A stretch of DNA of 64,000 nt from Eledone cirrhosa (GCA_964016885.1 OZ024742.1:26846001-26910000), one strand, 5' to 3'; counted from the first letter of the stretch, positions 28,601-42,470 are shown. Notes: generated by a model not told the origin, from the sequence alone. Numbers and translations are program-made.

Positions 28601-30252
28601 TCTAACTACACTCCTGTCTAACTACACCCCTGTCTAACTACACCCTGACTACACCCCTGTCTAACTACACCCCTGTCTAACTACACCCCTGTCTAACTAC
28701 ACTCCTGTCTAACTACACCCCTGTCTAACTACACTCCTGTCTAACTACACCCCTGTCTAACTACACTCCTGTCTAACTACACCCCTGTCTAACTACACTC
28801 CTGTCTAACTACACCCCTGTCTAACTACACTCCTGTCTAACTACACCCCTGTCTAACTACACTCCTGTCTAACTACACCCCTGTCTAACTACACTCCTGT
28901 CTAACTACACCCCTGTCTAACTACACTCCTGTCTAACTACACCCCTGTCTAACTACACCCTGACTACACCCCTGTCTAACTACACCCTGACTACACCCCT
29001 GTCTAACTACACTCCTGTCTAACTACACCCCTGTCTAACTACACCCTGACTACACCCCTGTCTAACTACACCCCTGTCTAACTACACCCCTGTCTAACTA
29101 CACTCCTGTCTAACTACACCCCTGTCTAACTACACTCCTGTCTAACTACACCCCTGTCTAACTACACCCTGACTACACCCCTGTCTAACTACACCCTGAC
29201 TACACCCCTGTCTAACTACACTCCTGTCTAACTACACCCCTGTCTAACTACACCCTGACTACACCCCTGTCTAACTACACCCCTGTCTAACTACACCCCT
29301 GTCTAACTACACTCCTGTCTAACTACACCCCTGTCTAACTACACTCCTGTCTAACTACACCCCTGTCTAACTACACCCTGACTACACCCCTGTCTAACTA
29401 CACCCTGACTACACCCCTGTCTAACTACACTCCTGTCTAACTACACCCCTGTCTAACTACACCCTGACTACACCCCTGTCTAACTACACCCCTGTCTAAC
29501 TACACCCCTGTCTAACTACACCCCTGTCTAACTACACTCCTGTCTAACTACACCCCTGTCTAACTACACTCCTGTCTAACTACACCCCTGTCTAACTACA
29601 CTCCTGTCTAACTACACCCCTGTCTAACTACACCCCTGTCTAACTACACCCCTGTCTAACTACACTCCTGTCTAACTACACCCCTGTCTAACTACACTCC
29701 TGTCTAACTACACCCCTGTCTAACTACACTCCTGTCTAACTACACCCCTGTCTAACTACACCCTGGCTACACCCCTGTCTAACTACACCCTGACTACACC
29801 CCTGTCTAACTACACCCCTGTCTAACTACACCCTGACTACACCCCTGTCTAACTACACCTCTGTCTAACTACACCCTGACTACACCCCTGTCTAACTACA
29901 CCTCTGTCTAACTACACCCTGACTACACCCCTGTCTAACTACACCCTGACTACACCCCTGTCTAACTACACCTCTGTCTAACTACACCCTGACTACACCC
30001 CCTGTCTAACTACACCCTGACTACACCCCTGTCTAACTACACCTCTGTCTAACTACACCCTGGCTACACCCCTGTCTAACTACACCCTGACTACACCCCT
30101 TTCTAACTACACTCCTGTCTAACTACACCCTGACTACACCTCTGTCTGACTACACCCCTGTCTAACTACACCCCTGTCTAACTACACCCCTGTCTAACTA
30201 CACCCCTGTCTAACTACACCCCCGTCTAACTACACCCTGACTACACCTAGTC
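25630..30252. repeat. About 4.6-kb minisatellite, 16-bp unit GTCTAACTACACCCCT with point variants and a shortened GACTACACCCCT subunit
   Basis: Read directly. Variants ...ACTCCT, ...ACTCCC and ...ACCTCT, with a degenerate left edge (CCTCAGTCTAACTACA). Confidence 0.98.
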
Positions 30253-31924
30253 TGAGCGGTGTTTTAGATGAGGCCCGAGGAGAGAATGGTTAAAGTCATT
30301 ACCGTAGAGAATGGCCAGAAACACCCACTGGCAAAGAAACTCAACAAAACTAAACAGGTGGTCATGGTTAGAACATGTTCCATTAAGCAATGACCATGAG
30401 CTAATCAACAACCTCTATCGCCTCCTCCCCTGTACTTCACGTATCTTCTCCACTATATCAAACTTCGTCTAACTCTGATTTTACTACTTTTGTTTGTTTT
30501 ACCAAAATACTGTGCCCCCCCCTCAATTCCCTCATCCTACATCTCATTCTCTCTCTATTTCTATTATTCGATCTCTCTCTTTCATCTCCCTTCTCTTTCC
30601 ATCTCTCTGTCTCTCTTTCCGTCTCTCTGTCTCTCTTTTCATCTCTCTTTCTTTCCATCTCTCTCTCTCTTTTTCCATTGCTCTCAGTCTTACTCTTATT
30701 CTCCCTGTTTCACACGCGCTCTCTTTCTCTCCCTCTCTTCCCCCCCCTTTCTATATCTCTCTCTCTCTCTCTCTCTCTCTACTTCCATCTCTCTCTCTCT
30801 CACTCTCTCTCTCGCTCTTTCTCGATCGCTCTCAGTTTTACTCTCATTCCTCCTGTTTCACTCGCGCTTTCTCTCTCCTTCTCTCTCTCTCTATCTCTCT
30901 CTCTCTCTCCCTCTCTCTCTATCTCTCTCTCTCTCCCTCTCTCTCACTCTGTCACTCTCTAACTCACTCTCACTCTCTCCTCTCTCCTCTGTATCAGCCG
31001 AACACAGTTTGTTTTGTTGTTGTTTCTTAATTTCCCAATTTTCTATAAAACTTCCAACCTCTCTGGTCTTTCTACTTCTTCCGCTATTTCTCTTCACCAT
31101 TTTTTTTCTTTTTCTTTTTCTTCTTACCTTCAATCTCTCTATTCCTATGTTTGTGTGTATTTTTATACGAAATTTTTCATCCATCGTGTCTTTTTGTCTG
31201 TCTTCCGTAGTATGTTGTTATTTTTTCCTCTCTTCCGTATTTGTGTCAGTTACTTTTTCTATCTCCATACTTTCTACCTTCATAAGGTTATATCAATTTT
31301 TTCCCGTCCTTCCGTATTAGGCTTCTCTTCTCTAATTTTCTGTTATTTTTTTCACAATTTGTCTTTCCGTATTATACGTCGCTTTCATTCTTCCGTAATT
31401 TAGGTCAACATTTTTTTAATTTTTCTATACATTGTGTCATTTTTTCTTATTTTTCTCTATATTGGGTCATTATTTTTGTCTTCTGTATTTTGTGTTAAAT
31501 TTTCTGTCTTCGGAAGAGGCTGTCTTTTCTTCTCTACTCCATATTTTGTATTTTACGTCCTGTCTTATTTCTCTCTCATAAATTTCTTCCATATTTTCTA
31601 CCATACTTTCGACTTCCATACTTTCTCTCAAACTATACCTGTCTTCTTTAGTTTCTGTTATTCTTTCTGAATTATATAACTTTGTTTAGTTATTTTTTTA
31701 TACTATAAAGGTGGTGGGTTTAAAGAATCGATAGAGCGTCGAACAAAGTGCTTTGCTGCATTTAGCTCCGGCCCTTTACATTCTAAGTTCGAACACTGCA
31801 AAGGTTTACTTTATATTTCATTCTCCTGAGGGTCGATAAAATTAAGTACCAAGTGCTGCAGTGGATTAATTAACATTCTCCTCCCAATAAAGGTCTCGCA
31901 GCTGTACTTCATTTCTTGTGTGTG

Positions 31925-31990
<66 letters not shown>

Positions 31991-31998
31991 ATGTATAT

Positions 31999-32371
31999 AT
32001 ATTAATAAAAGGAATTCCAACTTTGCCTGATTTACTTGTTTTATTTACAATCCTTTAAATGGTATTATAATGAAATAGTATGGTAGAATATTAAATGTTA
32101 AGTGTTAATTGAACAAGCACTTCATGCTTTCGCGAATCTTCAGGTTCATATTCAGTGGTGAGAGTCAAGTTCGCAATTTTCAACTGTTGAAAATTACAAA
32201 CTTGACTGTCACCACTGAATATGAACCTGAAGATTGCGAAAGCATGAAAGTGCTTGTTCAATTAACACTTAACATTTAATATTCTACCATACTATTTCAT
32301 TATAATACCATTTTAAAGGATTGTAAATAAACAAGTAAATCAGGCAAAGTTAGAATTCCTTTTATTAATAT
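31999..32371. mobile_element. About 370-bp near-perfect palindromic element with a hammerhead in each arm
   Basis: Arms are reverse complements around the centre TTTTCAAC-T-GTTGAAAA (32185). The left flank is (TA)n. Confidence 0.85.
32222..32260 (+). ncRNA. Minimal type I hammerhead motif in the right arm of a palindromic element
   Basis: TGAAC-CTGAAGA-T-TGC-GAAA-GCA-T-GAA-AGTGCT-T-GTTCA. Stem I TGAAC/GTTCA is perfect. A mirror copy lies at 32110-32148(-). Confidence 0.7.
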
Positions 32372-32464
32372 CACCTAGATCACCTTCACCGACCAGTCTG
32401 TCAGCGTCAGTCGGCGCGCTGGTCACAGCACGTCGTGCTGTTTTAGCCATAAGATAACGCCATC

Positions 32465-32627
32465 CTACTGGCTGGGCGGGCAATCATTTCCTACAGCTGA
32501 GTAAACTGGAGCAACGTGAAATAAAGTGTCTTGCTCAAGGAAACAACACATCACCCGTTCCGAGAATTGAACTCACAACATTTCGATTGCAAGCCCAATG
32601 ATCTAACCGCTAAGCCATGCGCCTCAT
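32465..32627 (-). mobile_element. Second tRNA-derived SINE family
   Basis: CTACAGCTGAGT...GTCTTGCTCAAGG...GAGAATTGAACTC...CTAACC.CTAAGCCATG. Relatives at about 15770-15940(-), 41060-41178(-), 11835-11960(+), 51050-51300(+) and 58960-59060(+). Confidence 0.7.
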
Positions 32628-32637
32628 TGCGCCTTTA

Positions 32638-32680
<43 letters not shown>

Positions 32681-32985
32681 TTCCCGGGGCTAAGTTGTTG
32701 GGTCCTTACTCTTTTCCTATTACCCCTCTACTATCCTAAGTATCGAGTACTCTGGTGCGTTTGGGTCCACCTGGTTTCTAACCCCACTTCCTCTGTGTGT
32801 ATGTGGACGTAGCATGGTGCAACGGGTAAGTAGTTCTATTCGCAATCATAAGAGGCCAAGTATGGACAAATATCATTTACATAGACTTAAATTAGACACT
32901 AGCCTAATGAAGTAGAAGTTTTACGATTTGGGTTCAAGTAACTCTAAAATACATATGTATGCATCTCTCTCTTTATATATATATA

Positions 32986-33194
32986 TTTATTTATTAAAAT
33001 AACAGATTAAAGTTTAAGCAAAGAATCGCTGCTTTCACCCTTAACGGGATCTTTCAGAAGATCCCGTTAAGGGTGAAAGCAGCGATTAATCTGTTATTTT
33101 AATAAATATTTGCTCTACAGTTCATATATATTTGATATATATTTATCCTTATCGAGCCCTTTTTGGATTTTAGTCTTCAAATTTATTATTATTA

Positions 33195-33196
<2 letters not shown>
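32986..33196 (+). mobile_element. Fold-back mini-element, family C, with hammerhead remnant
   Basis: AATCGCTGCTTTCACCCTTAACGGGATC / GATCCCGTTAAGGGTGAAAGCAGCGATT hairpin. Tail shared with 16976-17066 and 53594-53691. Confidence 0.75.
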
Positions 33197-33271
<75 letters not shown>

Positions 33272-33294
33272 TACAGATATAGATAGATATATAT

Positions 33295-33346
<52 letters not shown>

Positions 33347-33398
33347 ATAGATTTAACACTGCTCGCAAGTGTTTTTTAAACTTCATATCATGTCTCCC

Positions 33399-33468
33399 TA
33401 TTTCATCTGATGAGACGCAAATATCATCCCATGATGATTTTTGTTTTTGAAATGCGCATAATAAAATA
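33399..33468 (+). ncRNA. Type I hammerhead ribozyme motif with palindromic minimal stem III
   Basis: TATTTCAT-CTGATGA (33407-33413), long imperfect stem II containing ATCAT-CCC-ATGAT, GAAA (33449-33452), palindrome ATGCGCAT, A, then ATAAAATA pairing 7/8 with the 5' strand. It lies in an about 160-bp island between microsatellites. Confidence 0.7.
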
Positions 33469-33497
33469 CATGGAACTCTTTTAACCATCTTTTGATC

Positions 33498-33606
<109 letters not shown>

Positions 33607-33694
33607 GTGTGTGTGTGTGTGTGTGTGTCTGTATATGTATATATTTGTATGTGTATGTATTTATGTATATATATATGTATGTATATGTATATAA

Positions 33695-33740
<46 letters not shown>

Positions 33741-33765
33741 ATATATGTATATACATATGTATGTA

Positions 33766-33801
<36 letters not shown>

Positions 33802-34219
33802 TGCATGTATGTATATACTTTTTTTAATGCCCTCTTTTAAAAATATTTATTAATATAGCTTATCTTTATAGGAAAATGTTGTGTGTATATATGTCTTAGT
33901 GTGTGTGTATATATATGTGTGTGCGTGTATATATATATATATGTGTGTGAGTGTGTGTGTGTATATATATATGTATTAGTGTGTGTGTATGTCCGTGTGC
34001 GTATTGAATTTATGAAATGTCCTCTGTACATTATTTCTCCATTCTGTTAACATTTCGTCTCGTCTTCATATTTTCTCTCTTCCAATTCCAGTACTTCTTT
34101 CTGTCTCCCGTCCTCTCCAATTCTTAATCCGACCTTATACTCTGTTACTTCCTATGGCTTCTCTATTTCTTTCCACTCTTTCCTAAACTATCCCTCAACT
34201 GTTCTCTCTTTCATGCCTT

Positions 34220-34840
34220 CACACACACACATAGATGTACGATCAAATACACACACACACATAGAAGTACACTCAAATAGACACACACACACGGACGTAC
34301 ACTCAAACACACACACATACACATACAGACACACACACACAGACGTACACTCAAATACACACACACACATAGACGTACACTCAAATAGACACACTAAAAC
34401 GGACGTACACTCAAACACACACACACACACACTGACGTACCCTCAAATACACAAACACACATAGACGTACACTCAAATACACACACACACATAGACGTAC
34501 ACTCAAATACACACACACATACACGCGCGGACGTACACTCAAATATTCACACACATAGACGTACACTCAAATACACACACACACATACACACACGGATGT
34601 ACACTCAAACACACACACATACTCGGACGTACACTCAAATACACACACACATATAGACGTACACTCAAATACACACACACATATAGACATACACTCAAAT
34701 ACACACACACACACACACGGACGTACACTAAAATACACACACACATATAGACGTACACTCAAATACACACACACACATAGACGTACACTGAAATACACAC
34801 ACACACGGACGTACAATGAAATACATACACACGTAAACAT
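34220..34840. repeat. About 26-34-bp minisatellite built on (CA)n
   Basis: Recurring GACGTACACTCAAATACACACAC. Confidence 0.9.
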
Positions 34841-34937
34841 TAACACTCACACGCCTATCTTCACGCTATATACCGCAGATAGATGGGTCGATACTCGTAA
34901 AATGTTTATGTTTACCCATGTTCATTTACCCTAAAAC

Positions 34938-34986
<49 letters not shown>

Positions 34987-35243
34987 TTGTGTGTCTATAT
35001 ATATATATATATATATACCTGTGTGTATGCGTGCGTATATATATATGTGTGTGTGTGTGTGTAAAAAGAAACAGAAATAATAAAGCGAACGACACAGTAC
35101 ATTGAATAAATGTATTAGTTTAACGCTTGATATAGTAGGGAAACTGGGTTAACGTTTCGGGCACTAGTCCTTCATATGGATGTGTGTGGGTGTGTGTGTG
35201 TATCATAAATACATAATTATTTACATTATTTTTTTACCGCTAA

Positions 35244-35433
35244 GGGGCGGTGACTTGGCTGTATCGGTAGAGGGACAGACGCCATGCTTTGTAGCATAGT
35301 TATGTCCCTTTATGATCTGAGTTCAAATCCCGCCGAGGTTAACTTTGCCTTTCATCCTTACGGGGTCGATAAAATAAAGTACCAGTAATGTACTGGGTAA
35401 TTGCTGGCCTTGTGTCAAACAGTAGAAACAATT
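35244..35433 (+). mobile_element. Full-length SINE with TSD
   Basis: Near-consensus copy flanked by ATTATTTTTT(T)ACCGCT at 35225-35241 and 35434-35449. Confidence 0.9.
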
Positions 35434-35857
35434 ATTATTTTTTACCGCTTATCTAATCATCTTATTCTATTTTCTTTCACGTCTTATATGTAATATCAAC
35501 TATGCAACACTTGGTTCCTTGAGCTGGTTGTCACCTCACTTTTGTAATACCTTCTTGTTATTAAAAAAAGGGCATATAGGCCACGACAGTGATATACAGT
35601 ATCCAAAACAAGGAGTACTCCGTAGCCGGTCAGTGTTTCAAATAAACATTAGGTAAAAACTTTCGGAGAAGGTTTAATCAATTAAATTTCACTGGTATTT
35701 TATTTTATTGAACAAATCTGGATGAAGAGAAGAGCCTTGGTATTCAGTTTATCGAATTATGTTATTCACGTGTATATAGGCATTCAATAAATATAGATCT
35801 CTAAGGTACATAAAGTAGAATGTGCTAGAATTGATAAAATCATATAAAACACCTCTC

Positions 35858-36045
35858 CAGACCTGCCAACCTCTAAAAACACAAACGGGGAGTACCATAA
35901 AAAAGTGCCCTAAAACGAGGTGAGACAAATTGGAGAGATTTCACATAATGAAAGCTAGACCAAAATTCGTAAGCGAATACATCTCTCACCCACCCCAAGA
36001 TGGGTGGGAGATCCCCCCGTCGGGCGGGGAGATTTGACAGGTCTG
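35858..36045. mobile_element. Small MITE
   Basis: Termini CAGACCTGCCAA / TTGACAGGTCTG. No clear TSD. Confidence 0.55.
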
Positions 36046-37035
36046 TCTTTCTAAAGAAGCAGAGTCAATACTAAAGGACATTTGCCCAAGATATTGCTGT
36101 GGAATCGAGCGCACGACCGAAATATTGTTAACGTAGTCCTAAACCACTCAGACTTGCTACGTTCTAATTAAGAATATACATTGACAAGCTAAACATCTTC
36201 TCTTACCATCCGCCATTATAACTTGGTCACCACCAGGTTAATGAAGCTGATTCTAGTTGGTTGAGTAACCAGTTGATATTTGCAGCATAGCTAAATCTCC
36301 CTGACTGGACAGACTAAACTCTTAAGGAAGAACGCATGAATTATGATATATTTCCAGATATATTAACAAGGATCATTTGACGTAGTGGTGATGGTTGGAT
36401 GGAACACCTCTGGTATTATATCTGCTAGATCAGGTCTGATCACTGGTGAGACGACAGCACCATGAACGAAAAAAGAAAATATTTGTGAAATAAAACTCAA
36501 ATTTAATCAGCATATTACAGGCGGATAATCAGTATGATTATAATACAGATTTTAGAGACCCTATCCCTGTCCAAAATACACACATGAAACATACAGACAT
36601 GCGTATATCTAAAGAAAGGACCTCCATCAAAGTCGACGATATATGTCCTATAAGTTAAATCAAATAAACCTCATGTATACTCGGCCAAACGTTTCCCCGA
36701 ACGAAACTTGTATTTTGTTTGGAATGTGAGGAAATCGGTTAAAATCCCAACTCCTTCATTGATGAGATAAAGGAGTGACGATATCTGATACATTCCAATC
36801 GAGATTACGATCTTAATATTGTGAGCCGATTCCCTACTCACTAAGCCACCTGGCTTTACATATACACGCACACACACACACACACGCACACACACAGACA
36901 CACACAAACACACGCAAACACATACACATTTGAGTATGTGTTGGTTGATTACCGACACTCCTGTATGCAGGTTAGAGCATTCAACGAGGTGCGCAGGTGG
37001 GTCTGGTTACTCTGGAGTAATTTAAAAACAAGAAA

Positions 37036-37440
37036 TGTAAGTCAACAAGTTAAAATTAACTTCCTTTATTCATACACGCTGCAATATATATCTGGGTGAT
37101 AATTATTATTCAATTGCTACAGAATTCTAGCATCTCTTACTATCAAGACTCTTAATATGGATAAGCATTAAAATTCCCAGATGAACCCATATCTGGTTAC
37201 ATACATGAATTCTTCACTAGAAACTACAATACTTCCGCAAAATGAGTGGTTGTAATTGACCTGTTTACACCGCTACCATTGAGCTCAATTAGGTCACCCA
37301 GACCAGAACACCCCAATTTCTAGGTATATAAAGGTATGGTTATAAAAAACAACCCTTTCAATATTTACCTGCCTAATGACCGAAATATTTATTGCAGCGA
37401 ATATGAATAAACGAAGTTAATTTTAACCTGTTGACATACA
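37036..37440. mobile_element. MITE-like element with about 65-bp imperfect TIRs
   Basis: GTCAACAAGTTAAAATTAACTTCCTTTATTCATACACGCTGCAATA at about 37041-37086 mirrored by TATTGCAGCGAATATGAATAAACGAAGTTAATTTTAACCTGTTGAC at about 37390-37435. Confidence 0.65.
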
Positions 37441-37442
37441 CT

Positions 37443-37513
<71 letters not shown>

Positions 37514-37906
37514 AGTGCGCGTCAGAGTGTGTGTGTGTGTGTGTTTCAGTAAGGACATCGGGAAAATGTACTGTCACTTCTTTTATATATATATATACAT
37601 GTGTGTGTGTGCGTGTGTGTGTGAGTGCGCGTCAGAGTGTGTGTGTGTGTGTGTTTCAGTAAGGACATCGGGAAAATGTACTGTCACTTCTTTTATATAT
37701 ATATATACATGTGTGTGTGTGCGTGTGTGTGTGAGTGCGCGTCAGAGTGTGTGTGTGTGTGTGTTTCAGTAAGGACATCGGGAAAATGTACTGTCACTTC
37801 TTTTATATATATATATACATGTGTGTGTGTGCGTGTGTGTGTGAGTGCGCGTCAGAGTGTGTGTGTGTGTGTGTTTCAGTAAGGACATCGGGAAAATGTA
37901 CTGTCA
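37439..37906. repeat. 110-bp tandem repeat, about 4 copies
   Basis: GAGTGCGCGTCAGAG...TTTCAGTAAGGACATCGGGAAAATGTACTGTCA at a 110-bp period (identical ORFs at 37515, 37625, 37735, 37845). Confidence 0.95.
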
Positions 37907-38141
37907 TCAATGGCCAGAAAGTGTAAAGATTTTAACTACTTGGAACAAAACGACTACTTCCTTTCATCATTGGTTACATCTCAATTCCGATGTTTCGCTT
38001 TCCTTTCTTCTTAATCTTTTAATTTGTCTTACCCTCTGCCCTCCACTAACTTTGAAGTTGGTTGCTGGACAAAGCAAATGATCTAACAGATTGTCATCCC
38101 CCACCCACATTCTGAAATATATATATACATGTATATATATA

Positions 38142-38334
38142 TAATTGTTTCTACTTTTGGCACAAGGCCAGCAATTAACCAGTGTATTACTGGTACTTTA
38201 TTTTATCGACCCCTTAAGGATGAAAGGCAAAGTTAACCTCGGCGGGATTTGAACTCAGAATGGAAAGGGCCGTAACTCTTTGCGTCAAAGCATGGCGTCC
38301 GACCCTCTACCGATACTGCCAATCCACCGCCCTA
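38142..38334 (-). mobile_element. Full-length SINE
   Basis: Near-consensus reverse-complement copy. Another lies at about 40844-41035(-) with TSD TGGAGCAACATGAAATAAT. Confidence 0.85.
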
Positions 38335-39006
38335 TGAAATAAAGTGTGAACGCTAGAAAACGTTCTATATAGATCACATTACATAAGGAAAATGATAAAA
38401 AGGGTTTGAAAAGCACAGCTGGTATATAAATATAAAGGATTTTTATCAAAAATTGAACATCAAATTTTGTACATGTTATAAAGATCCTTTATAAATGTAC
38501 CAGGTGCTCTGTTCTGACCCTTTCTTTTAATCGTTTTCCTAACACACACACACGCACACATATATATACACACACATATATACACACACATATATATATA
38601 TATATCCGTATGATATCACGTCTGAGAGAAAGGAGTACTGAATATGGAAGCTGTGTATTGATATTTATTTAATCATGGCTGAATAGGGAGTCTTGTTACT
38701 GTAGAATTTCGCCTGTTTATCACAAGGCCATGAGAAAAGAACATGATAACCTGTGATAAACAGGCGAAACCCCAGAGTAACCCTCTTCACTATGCAGCCT
38801 TCATAAAATGAATATATATATATAATCTGTGTGTGTGTGTGTGTGTGTGACAGAAAAGAGGTTGCCTTCGTCTCTAAGGGCCTTCACCCCTATTTTATTA
38901 GCTATTTTCTACCACTTCCGCACATTAGCCCTCCACCATATTAAATTTATCACCTCAGTCCCTTGTAAAACTCCGGGTAATCACCCACTTATACAAGATG
39001 TTCGTT

Positions 39007-39061
<55 letters not shown>

Positions 39062-41434
39062 ATGTGCACATATTTTGTTGTAAATATAGACAAATATAAG
39101 TATGTGTGTACATATTCACATATATACGCAAAATAATCTATATGAGTGTTTACATTATGATTTGTATTTACCCATATATATTTAGAGATGTGTATATCAA
39201 TGAATGCTAATATATATTATATATATATATATATACGTGTGTAGGAATTTGTTTGTATATGTATAAATATATACATATACGCTCTGTCGACGTGATTTTC
39301 GGCTGGAAGTGCAAAGTTCACCATCAATATATATCTATTTATATAAATATCAATTCTTGTTGTTAGCTGGCACTGAGCCTAAAGTTCTTATACATATTCC
39401 TACGAACCCACATCTACTACACACCCTTCACGTTCTTCAGCTCTGCAATATTCAATACCTCCTTTCTCTCCCTTAGTTTCCCCCCTCCACCTCTCTTTGA
39501 GTGTCCGCTCTCTTTATTACACATCTCGGTCTCTTCCTCACTCACTCTGTCTCCCCCTCTCTCGCTGTTTCCATCACAGTTATCTCAATCCCTATGGATC
39601 CCGACGGCGCCAGTATTCAGACGGACAGCTATAATTAGTATCATTGATCACTCAAACACTATTTTAACGATCCATGCAGTTGCAATATCACTCTCTACGT
39701 ATCACATGATAATTTTGTACTACACACTTTTGTAATCTCACATCTATCGATTATCAAATGTTTCATTTTAAAGAATTTACTAAATAACCGTCCAACTAAA
39801 TACCTAATTAACCAACCAAATGAATAAATAAAAACCAGACGAAATAAAAATACGCAAGTAAAATACCAATAACGTTTTAAAAATGGTGATAGTCGTTATT
39901 TTCTACGAAATTGTAATTTTTCTGAGAACTTTAATCAGACTTTTACTGTGTACAGTCTGCTAAAAATGGCGTCGAAAACTTTCAGCTGTAGATGATGTGC
40001 TTTTGTGTTTGCTGTGTCGATATATATATATATATATATATACATGTGTGTGTGTATATCAGAGAGAGAGAGAGTGGGGGGGGGGGGGGGGAGAGTGTAT
40101 GTGTGTGTGTCCTGGGTAACCAGAGTAAGCACGGTACTCAATATATTAGTAGAAGCTAAACATCAAATTTAATATAGAAATGCCTTTACAGGACTAGAAC
40201 TGTTTCATTCGAAAGAAATCATCAGGAATGTCCTATGGAAGCCATTTCTATATTAAACTTGATATATATATTTATATATACATCCATATATGTATATATA
40301 TATATAGAGAGAGAGAGAGTGAGAGAGACATATATGTGTATATATATATGTGTGTGTGTGTGAGCGTGTGTGTGTTTGCGTGTATGTGTTTGTACATATT
40401 TAAGCATGCATGTTTATAGATACGGTGAATTGGCACCAACGAGCTCAGTCATCATAGTCAAACTAACAGTCATCAGATTATTTCTATGACTCATGCATCC
40501 GGGAAACATTTGAAAATTCTCATCGGGAAAGTTAACTCAAAATTTGCTTTTAATAATTCAACAAAATGTAAACTTTGAAATATCATGAGTATGTTATAAT
40601 GAAAATCAATATAAATGTTATAATATCTGTACAGTTACATTTCGAGAATTGGTCTTATTGGTTTTCGATCCATGGATGTCACATATGAACATAAATATCG
40701 ACAGTCGATTGACAAGATTCCAGAACTCAACGAGTGGAGTGGAGCTCGTAAAATCGGACCGAGGAAACAATGTTTTCATTCGTCTTTCTAATTGCTAATA
40801 GTATCTATCTGTCGAAAGTCCAGATAGATGGAGCAACATGAAATAATTGTTTCGACTTTTGGCACAAGGCCTGCAATTATCCCACTGTATTACTGGTACT
40901 TTATTTTATCGACCCTGTAAGGATGTATGGCAACGTTAAACACGGCGCGATTTAAACTCAGATAATAAAGAGCCGTAACTCTTTGCTACAAAGCATGGCA
41001 TCCGACCCTCTACCGATACTGCCATGCCAGCGCCCTTGGTATAAATTTTATAGCAACAGGTAGTATTAGCAATTGGAGCAACATGAAATAATGCGTCTTG
41101 CTCAAAGACGAAACACACCATGTGGTCCGGGAATCGAAACCACAACCAATTGTCTAACCACTCAGTCATGCGCCCTCATATATAGTCATTAAGACGTCGG
41201 TTAGAATAGAACACTTTGTGGTATTCGTCCCACCTCATTCCGCGTTCTGAGTTCAAATCCTGCCGACGTCAACTTTGCCTTTCATCCTTTCGAGATCGAT
41301 AAAAAAGTACCAGTCCAGTACATGGGTCAATTCTCCCTCTGTTGAAAAATCGGCTGTGTTCAGACCTACAGAGGGTGGGGCTCTGCTATGTTTAAAAGTG
41401 CCCAAGACGAAGAATAACGGTGCCTCTACGACTC

Positions 41435-41500
<66 letters not shown>

Positions 41501-41549
41501 TATACATACGTATATATATATATATATATATATATAAATATATACATAC

Positions 41550-41602
<53 letters not shown>

Positions 41603-41611
41603 TATACATAC

Positions 41612-41659
<48 letters not shown>

Positions 41660-41703
41660 GTATGTATTATATATTTATATATATATATATATATATATAT
41701 ACG

Positions 41704-41797
<94 letters not shown>

Positions 41798-41850
41798 GTA
41801 TGTATATATTTATATATATTTATATATATATATATTTATACGTATGTATA

Positions 41851-41882
<32 letters not shown>

Positions 41883-42339
41883 CGTATGTATATATTTATA
41901 AATGTATATGTGTTTGTGTAGGGACCTTGTGTACAGGATAATTCACAAATAGAATATATAATTGCGGGATTTATCGAGATATAAAGTTCTCTGTTTTAAT
42001 TTAAATTATTTAGGCAACAAAGAATTTCCCTTTATATATTCTTACGTTTCTTTACATAAATCGCTAATGGAATGTATTTCTATATCATTTCTGTATCCCT
42101 AGTCAGTACTTTCAATCACTTATGCAAAGGGAGTATGTTGAAATTATGCTCCCAACCAATTACTACACAGTGAGGTCTCCTTAGTTAAAGTTTCCGTATA
42201 TTTTGTTTTTGAACTCTGACTCATTCACACAAAGATATAATTCACCTAACGGGCATGTAGTTAGAATGTTTCAGGAAAGAATCACTGGACACATGTTAAG
42301 GGCCAAACCAACCGGGTGGGGGGGGGGGGGGGTAGTGAC

Positions 42340-42470
42340 ACAGGACAGCTGGAGACGGTTGCTTCTGACAGGACCCACTAGAGGGAGTGTGTGAGGACTC
42401 TGCACCCACAATGCTCTCAGGAATTAGTTAGCAAAGATGAAGAAGAAGGGCAAGAAGAGGAAGAACAAGC
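42340..42470 (+). mobile_element. RTE 3' end remnant with (GAA)n tail
   Basis: One frame reads QLETVASDRTH*RECVRTLH (cf. A.DR..WR..V..LC) and is followed by GAA-rich repeats. Confidence 0.45.

Noticed and set aside
25630-30252. CRISPR array or telomere
   Set aside because: No unique spacers, no cas genes and a eukaryotic context. The unit is not TTAGGG and the array is interstitial.
30490-31670. Hydrophobic 276-aa 'membrane protein' ORF
   Set aside because: Low-complexity pyrimidine-rich DNA with no recognisable domain.
37878-38081. Exon after a TTTCAG acceptor
   Set aside because: Better explained as a frameshifted RT relic (VINGQK..KDFNYLG-like).
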